DNA of 64,000 nucleotides from Candidatus Latescibacterota bacterium (GTDB lineage: Bacteria; Latescibacterota; UBA2968), in NCBI GenBank assembly GCA_965204745.1, contig OZ242010.1:4448001-4512000 (forward strand), written 5' to 3'. The notes under the pieces are model-generated. The model made no database searches and was not told where the DNA came from. It saw only the letters and a program-made list of their open reading frames with translations. Shown piece by piece: positions 8,816 through 18,252 of the stretch. Made by a program: the position numbers and the translations under genes. Numbering within the stretch: the first letter of the stretch is position 1; every line of letters begins with the position of its first letter.

Positions 8816-9949
8816 TCATTTCTTTTTTGCCCCGTGTCGCCGGCCTTTCCACGTAAATCCCCGCGCTGTCCCCGCCAGGCCAACCAGCACGATGTACGGG
8901 ATTTGCGCGATCTCCCAAATCGGAAACGCGGAAAACAAATCCCTGCGGTTGAACGTCAAAACGCCCTTTCCCACCACGAGCACGTCAGCCAAAATTTTGC
9001 CCCCCCAACAGAGCAGGGGAAGTTTGTAATCGCCATCCATCACCGCGAAAAACAAGGCGATGGGAATGAGCGCGTTCACCGTAAAGACCGCGGCGATGTA
9101 CGCGAAAAACCCCGGATTGAGGCGCAGTTGATACGCGGCATTGGACGCCCACCGCTTGCGTTGTTGCCACAGTGATGATGGGGTCTCGGGCCGATGCGTC
9201 GTCACAAAAGCACCGGGATCATCCGCAAACGCCACGCGCCCGTCCCACGCCTTGTGGAGCAACTGGAGCAACAACACATCGTCTCCAGACGCCCGGTGTG
9301 CAATCTCCCGAAACCCGCCCACTCGTTCAAACAGGCTTTTCCGATAGGCAAAATTTTGCCCCGAAGCCGCGAGGGGCATCCCCACGCCCGCGGCCCCAGC
9401 CGCCGCCGCCATCAGCACAAAAAAATCCAACGCCTGCAAGCGATGGAAAAACGAGCGCGGTTCCCGCAGTTGCGAAAACCCAATCACGACGCCCGCATCT
9501 GCCGTCATATAAGACGCCACGGCCGCAACCCAAGTGGGCGGCACCGTGCAATCCGCGTCCGTGGTCAGGATCCACTCTCCTCGGGCGTGCTGAATGCCGA
9601 CGGACAGCGGTCGCTTTTTCGCCGCCATGTCCAAAAACCGGTCTCCAACGGACAACGAGCGCAGGTTGTCCATGCCCGCAGATGCGACGACATGGGATGT
9701 GCGATCAGTCGAATCGTCGTCGACGACCAAAACTTCAAATCGGTCGGCCGGATAAGTCTGTCGCTCGAGACTGCCGAGACATCTCCCGATGTAATCGGCT
9801 TCGTTGCGCGCGGCGATCACGACAGAGATAAACGGCGTCTCACGAGTGCGCGCCTGGCTCCTCAATCGGCATAATCCAACGAAAAAACACAGCGCGACGA
9901 GGCCGTAAAGCGCGGCGGAGAACGCCGACAAATACAGGATGAAATCCAT
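8816..9949 (-). CDS. GT2 glycosyltransferase with TM segments
   Basis: SVVIAARNE, VDDDSTD, TTDADC, SGDD, QRKRW. Confidence 0.92.
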   Translation of the reverse strand: MDFILYLSAFSAALYGLVALCFFVGLCRLRSQARTRETPFISVVIAARNEADYIGRCLGSLERQTYPADRFEVLVVDDDSTDRTSHVVASAGMDNLRSLSVGDRFLDMAAKKRPLSVGIQHARGEWILTTDADCTVPPTWVAAVASYMTADAGVVIGFSQLREPRSFFHRLQALDFFVLMAAAAGAAGVGMPLAASGQNFAYRKSLFERVGGFREIAHRASGDDVLLLQLLHKAWDGRVAFADDPGAFVTTHRPETPSSLWQQRKRWASNAAYQLRLNPGFFAYIAAVFTVNALIPIALFFAVMDGDYKLPLLCWGGKILADVLVVGKGVLTFNRRDLFSAFPIWEIAQIPYIVLVGLAGTARGFTWKGRRHGAKKK

Positions 9950-9951
9950 TG

Positions 9952-11013
9952 CTATCCGGGGCTCACCTTTTCGATATCGTAAAACATGCCCTTCACGCCT
10001 TCCGAGCAATTGTTGCAGATCGGCACAGCCGTGCGGTCTTTGAGAATGGCATTGCGAAAATCCGCGTATTTTTTGCCCGTCCAAATCCGGTCGAAATCCC
10101 CTTCTGCCAACGCATCTCCCAAGCCGTAATGCACATCTTTGTCAAAACAGCACGGCGAAACCGCGCCATCCCAGTTGATCACCGTGCTGTACCACAAATG
10201 CCGGCAGGTATTGCTGATCTCGCTTTTGGTCGCGAGGTGATCCGCATCGTAATCGTAGCGGCTGAACTTCTCATCCGAAGGCAAAAAGGTCTCGGCATCG
10301 GCTTCGGTATAAACCTGGGCCGTTTTGAGCGACAGGCGATCCACCCCCAAGTTCCGGGCGAGTTGGCGCGCGGCTTCAATTTCGCCCTCGTTGTGTTTCA
10401 TAATGATAAATTGCAGGTGGATCAACGGGTGGCGTTTTCGCAACTCGCGCTTGGCCTGAACCAGCAGCCGGATGCCCTCGAGCACGCGGTCAAAATTGCC
10501 CCCCACGCGGTACTTGACGTAGCTTTCCGGCGTGACCCCGTCCAGCGAAACCACGAGCTCCGACAAGCCGGAATCGACGATATCCCGCGCGGTCTCCCGA
10601 TTCTTGACATAGTGGACATTGGTGCTCGTCAGCGTGGGCACGTTGTGCGCGGTCGCCAAGCGGATCATATCCGTGAGACGCTTGTTGATAAACGGCTCGC
10701 CTTGGTTCCACAACATGAGGAGCAACAAGTGATCGGCCTGTTGTTCGAACACATGCTTGAAATGGTCGTAAGGCATCGTGCCGCGCGCCCGGGTCATCTC
10801 CCCATTGCCCGAGGGGCACAGCGGGCATTTGAGGTTGCAAAAATTGGTGGGTTCGACCATGAGCACAAAGGGCTTGCCCATGCGAATATCCCGCCGAAAC
10901 ACATTGGACAGCCCATAAGACGCCACCACCTTCGCGGCATTCCACACGCGCCTCGGCGTGATTGCGCGATGGTATCTCATCAGGGTTTCGGGCAACAATT
11001 TAATCGAGAGCAT
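9952..11013 (-). CDS. Radical SAM/SPASM domain protein
   Basis: CNLKCPLC motif, QGEPF, C-terminal CRHLW...PCCFD...CNNC. Confidence 0.93.
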   Translation of the reverse strand: MLSIKLLPETLMRYHRAITPRRVWNAAKVVASYGLSNVFRRDIRMGKPFVLMVEPTNFCNLKCPLCPSGNGEMTRARGTMPYDHFKHVFEQQADHLLLLMLWNQGEPFINKRLTDMIRLATAHNVPTLTSTNVHYVKNRETARDIVDSGLSELVVSLDGVTPESYVKYRVGGNFDRVLEGIRLLVQAKRELRKRHPLIHLQFIIMKHNEGEIEAARQLARNLGVDRLSLKTAQVYTEADAETFLPSDEKFSRYDYDADHLATKSEISNTCRHLWYSTVINWDGAVSPCCFDKDVHYGLGDALAEGDFDRIWTGKKYADFRNAILKDRTAVPICNNCSEGVKGMFYDIEKVSPG

Positions 11014-11014
11014 A

Positions 11015-12103
11015 TTATTTCCATTTGAACGATGAACATGTGCCGAGCGCGCACACCACGACGATATACGGCGCGATCAGGATTTCGAGCACGGGAAACC
11101 ACCAGAGCAACTTCAGACTCTTGAAGCGCGTCGCACCGGCGAGCAAAAACACCGCATCCGCGATCACCTTTGCGATGAGACAAACGCCAGTCGCAAAAAA
11201 CAACTCGGCGTCGACCCAGTACAAGACCGGAAGCGTCGACAAGATGGCGTGAAATATATACACCGCAACCGCCGGAATCAAGACTGGAACGCCGTAGTGG
11301 ATGGTCTTGGATTGGTAGCGCACCTGCCGATAGATGAGATTGTCCGCATGAGACGCAGATGGCACAAAAGCATCTGCATTGAACCGAATTTTCCACGCGC
11401 TTTTCTGTGCGACCTGCCGCATGAGCAACACGTCATCCCCTCCGACGATGTGCCCGATCTCCGCAAAGCCATCGACCTCGTCAAAGGCTTTTCTGCGATA
11501 GGCCATGTTGCGCCCCGAACACGTCAGCGGAACCCCGATGCCCGCGCTGCCGGCCGCGAGCGTGGAAACGATGAGGGCTTGCAAAGACAGGAGGCCGGAC
11601 AGTGCCCTCTCGTTTCGCAACAAAGGGGCATGCCCGATGACCATCCCCACCTCCGGCGCGAAGTGCGCGAGCGTGGAAGCGATCCACCGCGGGTCGGGCC
11701 GGCAATCCGCGTCCGTCGTGAACACAATCTCCCCCCGCGATTGTGCGATGCCGTGCCACAGGGCGTTTTTTTTTGGGCACTCGCAATACCGCTCCGCCAC
11801 GGACACACACCGGATATGTGCCGAGCGGCGCGCCCATTCCGCAACGCGATCCGCCGTGCCATCAGCAGATCGGTCGTCGACGACGATAATCTCCACGCGC
11901 TTTGAGGGATACGTCTGCGCGACCAATGCCCGCAAACACGCATCGATATTGCCGGCCTCATTCCGCGCTGGCACGATGACAGAGACCGATAGACCTCGAT
12001 CAGGCCCCATCCGCGGTCTGTATCTGCGAAACAGGCCAAAGAAAAAAAGCGCAATCGACGAGATATACAAAGCGCAAAGGCTCGTGACGAAATAGATCGA
12101 CAT
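11015..12103 (-). CDS. GT2 glycosyltransferase (paralog of 8816)
   Basis: SVIVPARNE, VDDRSAD, TTDADC, GGDD. Confidence 0.92.
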   Translation of the reverse strand: MSIYFVTSLCALYISSIALFFFGLFRRYRPRMGPDRGLSVSVIVPARNEAGNIDACLRALVAQTYPSKRVEIIVVDDRSADGTADRVAEWARRSAHIRCVSVAERYCECPKKNALWHGIAQSRGEIVFTTDADCRPDPRWIASTLAHFAPEVGMVIGHAPLLRNERALSGLLSLQALIVSTLAAGSAGIGVPLTCSGRNMAYRRKAFDEVDGFAEIGHIVGGDDVLLMRQVAQKSAWKIRFNADAFVPSASHADNLIYRQVRYQSKTIHYGVPVLIPAVAVYIFHAILSTLPVLYWVDAELFFATGVCLIAKVIADAVFLLAGATRFKSLKLLWWFPVLEILIAPYIVVVCALGTCSSFKWK

Positions 12104-12363
12104 GGATAGTGGTCAGTGGTCAGTAGTCAGTAGTCAGTCCGCCCATCCATCCGGCCCCATGCCCGCCTCAAACAAAGTATGGACTTTGCAGGCAAGTAAA
12201 AAGCGAAAAGTCAAGCGAATCGCCCTCTAAAAAACGCGCTACAAATCGTTTGACAATGCGAATAAAGCATTGAAGCCATCGCGCCCTTGTCCTTTCGCTA
12301 CTCGGTGGATTCAATCCCGCTCGGTCACGTCTCAAAGGTCAACCAAGAGAGACTCGTTTTATT

Positions 12364-12740
12364 GGGACCTACCCCCTGGCCCCCTTCCTAAGAGGAAGGG
12401 GGAATGGCGAGAGGTTGTGCGAGGGATTGTGTGTAAGGGTTTTTGGATTTGCATGGCGTGATCCATTCGCCCAAAGCCATCATAATAGCCCTGGATACAA
12501 CCCTTCAAGAAAGCCATGCGCTCCCCCTTTCCTTGTAGGCACAGGCGTAGCCTACAATGAGCGAAGCGAATAACGGGGCCAGGGGGATAGGTCGCTTTTT
12601 CATGGCGCGATCCATTCGCCCAAAGCCATCAAAATAGCCCTGGATACAACCCTTCAAGAAAGCCATGCGCTCCCCCTTTCCTCGTAGGAAAGGGGGCCGG
12701 GGGGATAGGTCGCTTTTTCATGGCGCGATCCATTCGCTCC
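12364..12740. mobile_element. MITE/REP-like element (~190-230 bp unit with terminal inverted repeats), partly tandem-duplicated here
   Basis: GGACCTACCCCC...CCCCTTCC at one end, GGAAAGGGGGCCGGGGGATAGGTC at the other; related copies at 36369, 43248, 52847. Confidence 0.7.
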
Positions 12741-12805
12741 AACCCAAACAAAAACGCCATCGGCAAATCGCTGATGGCGTTTCTGCTATCGCGTGACTTC
12801 GGTTG

Positions 12806-13771
12806 CTAAAAATACGGCGCGATATTCTTTTCGATGCGCTCGAGGATGGGGGTGTCGTCCCTGTCCGCGACGAATGTTTCGCCTGTTACGCGCTCGAACA
12901 AATCGATGTAGCGCTCGGAAACTCGCGTGCGGATATCGTCATCCAATTCGGGGATATTGTCGTCAGAAATTCCCTTCTCCACCAGCCAGAGGCGCAAAAA
13001 CTCTTTGTCCAAACTCTCGGGTTCCTCGCCGCGAGCGTGCAGGTCATGATACGAATCGAGAATCCAGTAGCGCGAGGAATCCGGGGTGTGAATCTCATCG
13101 GCCACGGTCAGATTGCCCGCTGCATCCAACCCCATCTCGTATTTGGTATCTACCAAAATCAACCCGCGTTGCGCGGCTAATTCCGTACCGCGGGCGAAAA
13201 GTTTCAGCGCGACCTCTTCCACCTCTGCCCACCGATCTGCATCGACCAACCCGCGGGCGACAATTTGCTCTGGCGAGATCGACTCGTCGTGATCCTCTGC
13301 CTTTGTCGTGGGCGTGATGATCGGCGCGTCAAACGGCTGGTTTTTTACCATGCCTTCGGGCAAATGCACGCCGCAAAAATGCCGCACGCCCTTGGCGTAG
13401 TTCGTCCACACCGAGGTGTCGGTGCTACCGGTGAGGTACCGCCGCACCACGATCTCGACCGGCAACATGTCGAGTTCACGCGCCACTGTCACATTGGGGT
13501 CTGGCACGTCGATCACCTGATTGGGCACGATGTCTCGCGTCTGGTCAAACCAGTACTGCGCGGTGCGGTTCAACACCTGCCCCTTGAGCGGAATCGCCCC
13601 CAAGATGTGGTCAAACGCGCTTTGCCGATCCGTGGTGATCAAAATGCGTTTGTCGTCGAGCAAATAAATATCCCGCACTTTGCCCTTTTTGTACCGAGGC
13701 TGCCAGCGGTCAAACCTGGCCTCCAACAAACAGTTGTCCAGTTGCGAACGAATTTGTGCTTGAGAAATCAT
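12806..13771 (-). CDS. purC: Phosphoribosylaminoimidazolesuccinocarboxamide (SAICAR) synthase
   Basis: KGKVRDIY, TDRQSAFD, GLILVDTKYEMG, DEIHTPDSSRYW, DKEFLR. Confidence 0.97.
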   Translation of the reverse strand: MISQAQIRSQLDNCLLEARFDRWQPRYKKGKVRDIYLLDDKRILITTDRQSAFDHILGAIPLKGQVLNRTAQYWFDQTRDIVPNQVIDVPDPNVTVARELDMLPVEIVVRRYLTGSTDTSVWTNYAKGVRHFCGVHLPEGMVKNQPFDAPIITPTTKAEDHDESISPEQIVARGLVDADRWAEVEEVALKLFARGTELAAQRGLILVDTKYEMGLDAAGNLTVADEIHTPDSSRYWILDSYHDLHARGEEPESLDKEFLRLWLVEKGISDDNIPELDDDIRTRVSERYIDLFERVTGETFVADRDDTPILERIEKNIAPYF

Positions 13772-13889
13772 GGGTCATACCCTCCAAAAAAAGGAACCAC
13801 AGACGAACACGGATAAACGCGGATGGGCCGAGACGAGCTAGGCCAAAGTTCAAAAAAAAGAAAAGCAACCACAGATGAACGACGTGAAC

Positions 13890-14135
13890 TCAATTGAAAA
13901 ATGCGATCTTGACCAGCAGGCCAATGGCGATCATAACCCCAACCCACAGCGAGGAAACCTTTACATCGAGACGATGAAGCCGGTCATTTACTGCACTCAT
14001 CTCTCGCCTCATTTCCCGCCTCATGTCGCGTTGATCAGCCTCAATCTGCGCCAATCGCGCCCGGATTTCTTCAATGATACCCTCGATCCGAGAGATGCGC
14101 CCCTCGTGGTTGAGGGTCTCTTTTGAATCTGTCAT
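13890..14135 (-). CDS. Small coiled-coil protein with a C-terminal membrane anchor
   Basis: AAAGGAGG RBS; paralog of 5947-6162. Confidence 0.75.
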   Translation of the reverse strand: MTDSKETLNHEGRISRIEGIIEEIRARLAQIEADQRDMRREMRREMSAVNDRLHRLDVKVSSLWVGVMIAIGLLVKIAFFN

Positions 14136-14241
14136 GCGTTTCCTCCTTTACGTGAAATCATTAAAAAATGCGATCTGGACCAGCAGGCCCATGATGAATA
14201 CCAACCCCGCCTTACCTCTTATGGCATCGCCTTTACGCCAC

Positions 14242-15711
14242 CTAAACCGCGCGATACAAAATCCCCGCCTCGCGCAAGCGCACGATCAACTCGGCTTGGG
14301 TGCCGCTTCCCTTGCGAGCGTTGCAACTGTTGCAAAGCAGTTGCAGATTCTCTTTGTGATCTCCTCCACCTTTTGCACGCGGAGTGATGTGGTCAACGGT
14401 CATATTTTGAAACGGGAAGTGAACGCCACAGCCCTTGCAATTTCCCGCTTGTTCGCCGTACAACACATGCTTGTGCGTCCTGTAATCGGGCAATGCCTCG
14501 ATGTCCGTGCGGCGCGGAAGGTCCGTTCTGTGGATCACTTTCGGGAGTTTCCCGCCTTTCAGCAGTCCATCTTCATCGGATACCTTTTGCAATCGTTCCA
14601 CGACAATTTTGCCAGCCAACGGCGACAAGTCGATGCCGACCCACTGACGCCCCAACATCTCTGCGGAAACGCAAGTGGTGGCGCAACCGCAAAACGGATC
14701 GAGCACCACATCCCCCTCATTTGTAGAGGCTTGAACAATCCGTTCTAACAATGCGAGGGGTTTTTGGGTCGGATACCCCGTGCGCTCACGCCCTTTCACC
14801 GGCGGAATATCCAACACCAAATCCCCACTCACCACGCCGGGCATCAACGACAAGTATTTCTTCATGTAGGGTTTTCCACGAGACGACCAATAAATCAACC
14901 CCGCATCATCCAACGCCTCACATTTGGACAACTGATCCAACTCGGCATAATCGGCGGGCAATCGCGCATGGGCGGATGATGGAATGCGATCAAGTCCCGG
15001 CGGTGCCCACGCACGGCCAGACGGTGGCAACACCCCTCGAAATGGCAGATATGCCTCCGGCCCCCCGGGTTTTCCACCGGTCAAATCAGCCGTAGCCCAC
15101 CGCCCATATTCATCTTCATTCCGATATTGTGATGCGATAAACGCTTGTGAATACGGCTCGTACTGTTGATTCCAAACAGCCTTGCCCGACAGCGCGTAGT
15201 ACAGAACGCGATCACTATTGACCGCAAATTTCTTAGCAAAAGACTTTGTCGATGTTCGACGCCACACCAATTCATTCCGAAAATTATCGCGCCCAAAGAT
15301 GCTGTCCATCAGCATTTTCAAATAGTGACTGGCCGTGGGATCACAATGCAAATAAATACTCCCCGTCGCCTTGAGAATCCGTTTCAATTCCAAAAGACGC
15401 ACTGCCATCATCACCAAATAAGACTTCATCCCTTTTCCATGCGAAAACCCTGCCGCCTCAATCACCCGATACAACGCAGGCTCTTGGTCTGCAATCAAGC
15501 CCAACCAGGCAACATCCAAATCGCTCAATGTCCACGTATCTTTGAAAGCCGCACCGGCCGCGACCGACCCAATCGGCGCGGAGTAATTGCGATTCGAGTT
15601 GAACGGCGGATCGAGATACGCCAAATCCACACTCGCGGAGTTCATGCCCCGCAGAATGTCGAGATTGTCGCCCTCAAAGATCGTGCGATTCGCCCAATTC
15701 GCCTTCGCCAT
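14242..15711 (-). CDS. N6/N4 DNA methyltransferase fused to a C-terminal HNH endonuclease
   Basis: DPPF catalytic motif, YPTQKP, DPFCGCATT SAM motif; tail CKGC...DHITPRAKGGGDHKENLQLLCNSCNARKG. Confidence 0.9.
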   Translation of the reverse strand: MAKANWANRTIFEGDNLDILRGMNSASVDLAYLDPPFNSNRNYSAPIGSVAAGAAFKDTWTLSDLDVAWLGLIADQEPALYRVIEAAGFSHGKGMKSYLVMMAVRLLELKRILKATGSIYLHCDPTASHYLKMLMDSIFGRDNFRNELVWRRTSTKSFAKKFAVNSDRVLYYALSGKAVWNQQYEPYSQAFIASQYRNEDEYGRWATADLTGGKPGGPEAYLPFRGVLPPSGRAWAPPGLDRIPSSAHARLPADYAELDQLSKCEALDDAGLIYWSSRGKPYMKKYLSLMPGVVSGDLVLDIPPVKGRERTGYPTQKPLALLERIVQASTNEGDVVLDPFCGCATTCVSAEMLGRQWVGIDLSPLAGKIVVERLQKVSDEDGLLKGGKLPKVIHRTDLPRRTDIEALPDYRTHKHVLYGEQAGNCKGCGVHFPFQNMTVDHITPRAKGGGDHKENLQLLCNSCNARKGSGTQAELIVRLREAGILYRAV

Positions 15712-15750
15712 CGTCACGGTCTCCAGTCGCCTTTTTATCAACGCCATAAG

Positions 15751-16161
15751 CTACGCGATATCGAATAGGATTGTAACGAGTCCCTCTTTGTCCTTCGGCT
15801 CAACTGCCATCCATTGTCGGATGAATCGTTCGTCTTCTGCGAGAATTTGATCGATGTCGCCTTGCAGACGGAAATCGATCACGAGATAGGATTCTCCGGA
15901 CTCTGGATCGCTTTCCCGATAGAGTTTGAGATCGCTTGCACTACAAAATGAAGTTTTGATCAAATGGACGGCCTGACGAATGGTATCCTCAAGGCCATAG
16001 TGCTCGCAAAACGCTTGCGCGTCCGGGTGCGTTGGCAACCCACAGATGTGCGATGAGGGCACGGCATCTCGCCGGTCTATCACCGAAGACAGGGACCCAC
16101 TGGCAATTTCCTCGCGCTTGGGCCTTACGGGTATCGCTTCCAAATTTTTCGATTGTGCCAT
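15751..16161 (-). CDS. Hypothetical protein (possibly antitoxin-like)
   Basis: GAGGAGG RBS; co-oriented and abutting the MTase-HNH gene. Confidence 0.65.
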   Translation of the reverse strand: MAQSKNLEAIPVRPKREEIASGSLSSVIDRRDAVPSSHICGLPTHPDAQAFCEHYGLEDTIRQAVHLIKTSFCSASDLKLYRESDPESGESYLVIDFRLQGDIDQILAEDERFIRQWMAVEPKDKEGLVTILFDIA

Positions 16162-16224
16162 TTGTGTCCTCCTCGTGTCCAACCAGAGCTTCGCCTTTTT
16201 ATGCGTTCTGATGGGGTTGCATTT

Positions 16225-18213
16225 TCATGCCGCGCGGAAGTGTACGGCATGGCCTTTTTCTGGGAACCAGATCACGTCCAGCATCAGGGATAGGGCCACG
16301 CCGAGCACATAGCCGACCAGCAGGCCGATGAAAAAGGGACGGGATTTGTGATAGACCGATGGGCCGCCCACTTTGAGCATCACCAGTTTGATAAGCCAAG
16401 CGATGAACAGGGTGAAACTGCTCGCCCGAATCAGGGGCACGCCGGAAAGCGCGAGCCCAACCGGGTGCAGGGGCCACCACACGAAGCGATGGCGCATGAA
16501 AATCAAGCCGACCATCGCCAGACCGCCGATGCCAAAAAAGACGAGATTTTCGGGATTATCCACGTAAAACGGGGGTTGGTCCGATTGCTTGACCGCATTG
16601 GCTGCGTTCTTGAAATAATTGCGCGCGCTGCGGGGAATCTCGGACACATTGAAATTGAACGCGCCCTCGTCATAGCCCAGTTTCAACGTCAAAAAAATAC
16701 TCGTCACAAAACTCACGACAAACGCGATGTAAATCGCGCCCATCAACTTGCGGCGGTCGTCCGCGATGCCCTCGGACAACTTGCCCACCTGCGCCGCGGC
16801 CGGCAAGAACAAGCCCTTGGCATTGCCCGTGATCAAATTGGCAAATCGGAACGCCACATGCGTGGACGGGGAAATCGCGACATTGCCGAAAAACGGCGCC
16901 ACGTAATTCCACGGAATCCCCGGAATCGACGTGTAGGGCATGCCCGTGTCCGCCAAAATTTTCGCCATCCCAATATAGCCGAACACGCATGCCATCAGTA
17001 GCAACGCGCTGATCAGGGCGTCCATGTCCATCTGCATCATCCAGATAAACAAATACCCCAGGCCCGCGACCAAGCCGATCACCGCCGTGCGGTAGGACAA
17101 CATCTCGTCGCGGTCATCCACGCTGTCGTCTTTGCCCAGGGCCTTCATCAGCACGTCCCGCAAATGTCGCCGCGCCACCCAGAACATCGAAATCACCAGC
17201 ACCACAAACGCGCCGCGCGTCTGCCATTGGTACACGCCGCGATAGGCCGTGGGCACCATGGACTTGTACCCCAACTTGTTGAGCCAGCCCCCTTCCAAAA
17301 TGAACACGAGATCGAACACCCAAAGGCTGAACAACACGTCCAAGCTGGCGAAGTAGGAAAAGAAAATGGAAAACAAGCCCACGGACGTCCGCACGCGCGG
17401 AAACTGCGGGTCTATCGTATGCCACCTGGCCCCGTGAATGGGAAAGCGCGGGAAGTTCGGCAAAAAGTAATTGATGCAATTCCACGCGATCATGCCAAAT
17501 GCCAGCGCGAACCCGATCCAGAACAGGCGGTTGTACATAAACCCCGGCAAGGTGCGTTTCCCGCCTCCCGGCGCGGACATCATGTTGATGAGGGGCGCCA
17601 TTGCCGGAAAGGCCAAGCGTTCGTTTTGCACCCACTGCTTTCTAAAAATCACGGCCACGCACGCCAGCACCACAAAGGCAGCGGTGAACGCCATGAACCA
17701 CCAGAACAGGGGCAACACCCACACGCCCCAAGGGATGGGCGCGCCTTTGGGCCGGCCTTCAAAAAACCAAGCGATGCCGTGGCCCGCGTTGCTCGGAATC
17801 AAAAAATCGGGCAGATGCGGATGCAGCAACTCCGCCCAATTATTGTCTGCTGTGGCGTAAAAGTACGGCGCGGAAATGTACCCGATCAAGTACCCGGTGC
17901 TGCTCCACGCGGGCAGGGTTGCGCCCACGAGGCCCATCGCCAAAATGGTGTGCCATTCCCCCGGCAGGAGCGAGAACCGCGCCAGCCTGCCCACGACAGC
18001 CAAGACGATGAGCATGGTGATAAACGCGATGAGCATCGCCATTGGAACGTGCGAGAGCACCATCCGCGATCCGTGGTAGTAAAACCGAACATAAACGGCA
18101 AGCGCGTCGAGCACCACCACCAAGAACACCCCCAACCCGATTGCCCGCGGCGTGATCCCACCCCGAAAGGCAGGCGCGACCTCGCGCTGGCGCGCTGATA
18201 CGTGTGTCGCCAT
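16225..18213 (-). CDS. Polytopic membrane protein, DUF6785/DUF6784-like putative transporter
   Basis: Many TM helices; RKQWVQNERLAFP and WWPLHPVG motifs. Confidence 0.8.
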   Translation of the reverse strand: MATHVSARQREVAPAFRGGITPRAIGLGVFLVVVLDALAVYVRFYYHGSRMVLSHVPMAMLIAFITMLIVLAVVGRLARFSLLPGEWHTILAMGLVGATLPAWSSTGYLIGYISAPYFYATADNNWAELLHPHLPDFLIPSNAGHGIAWFFEGRPKGAPIPWGVWVLPLFWWFMAFTAAFVVLACVAVIFRKQWVQNERLAFPAMAPLINMMSAPGGGKRTLPGFMYNRLFWIGFALAFGMIAWNCINYFLPNFPRFPIHGARWHTIDPQFPRVRTSVGLFSIFFSYFASLDVLFSLWVFDLVFILEGGWLNKLGYKSMVPTAYRGVYQWQTRGAFVVLVISMFWVARRHLRDVLMKALGKDDSVDDRDEMLSYRTAVIGLVAGLGYLFIWMMQMDMDALISALLLMACVFGYIGMAKILADTGMPYTSIPGIPWNYVAPFFGNVAISPSTHVAFRFANLITGNAKGLFLPAAAQVGKLSEGIADDRRKLMGAIYIAFVVSFVTSIFLTLKLGYDEGAFNFNVSEIPRSARNYFKNAANAVKQSDQPPFYVDNPENLVFFGIGGLAMVGLIFMRHRFVWWPLHPVGLALSGVPLIRASSFTLFIAWLIKLVMLKVGGPSVYHKSRPFFIGLLVGYVLGVALSLMLDVIWFPEKGHAVHFRAA

Positions 18214-18252
18214 TTTCGGTAGTCCTTTCTGCGAATCACTTTTATTTTTTCC

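Noticed and set aside
8592-8918. Long N-terminal extension of the P1 peptidase
   Set aside because: It translates intergenic repeats (HKRHKR) and overlaps the upstream GT2 gene.
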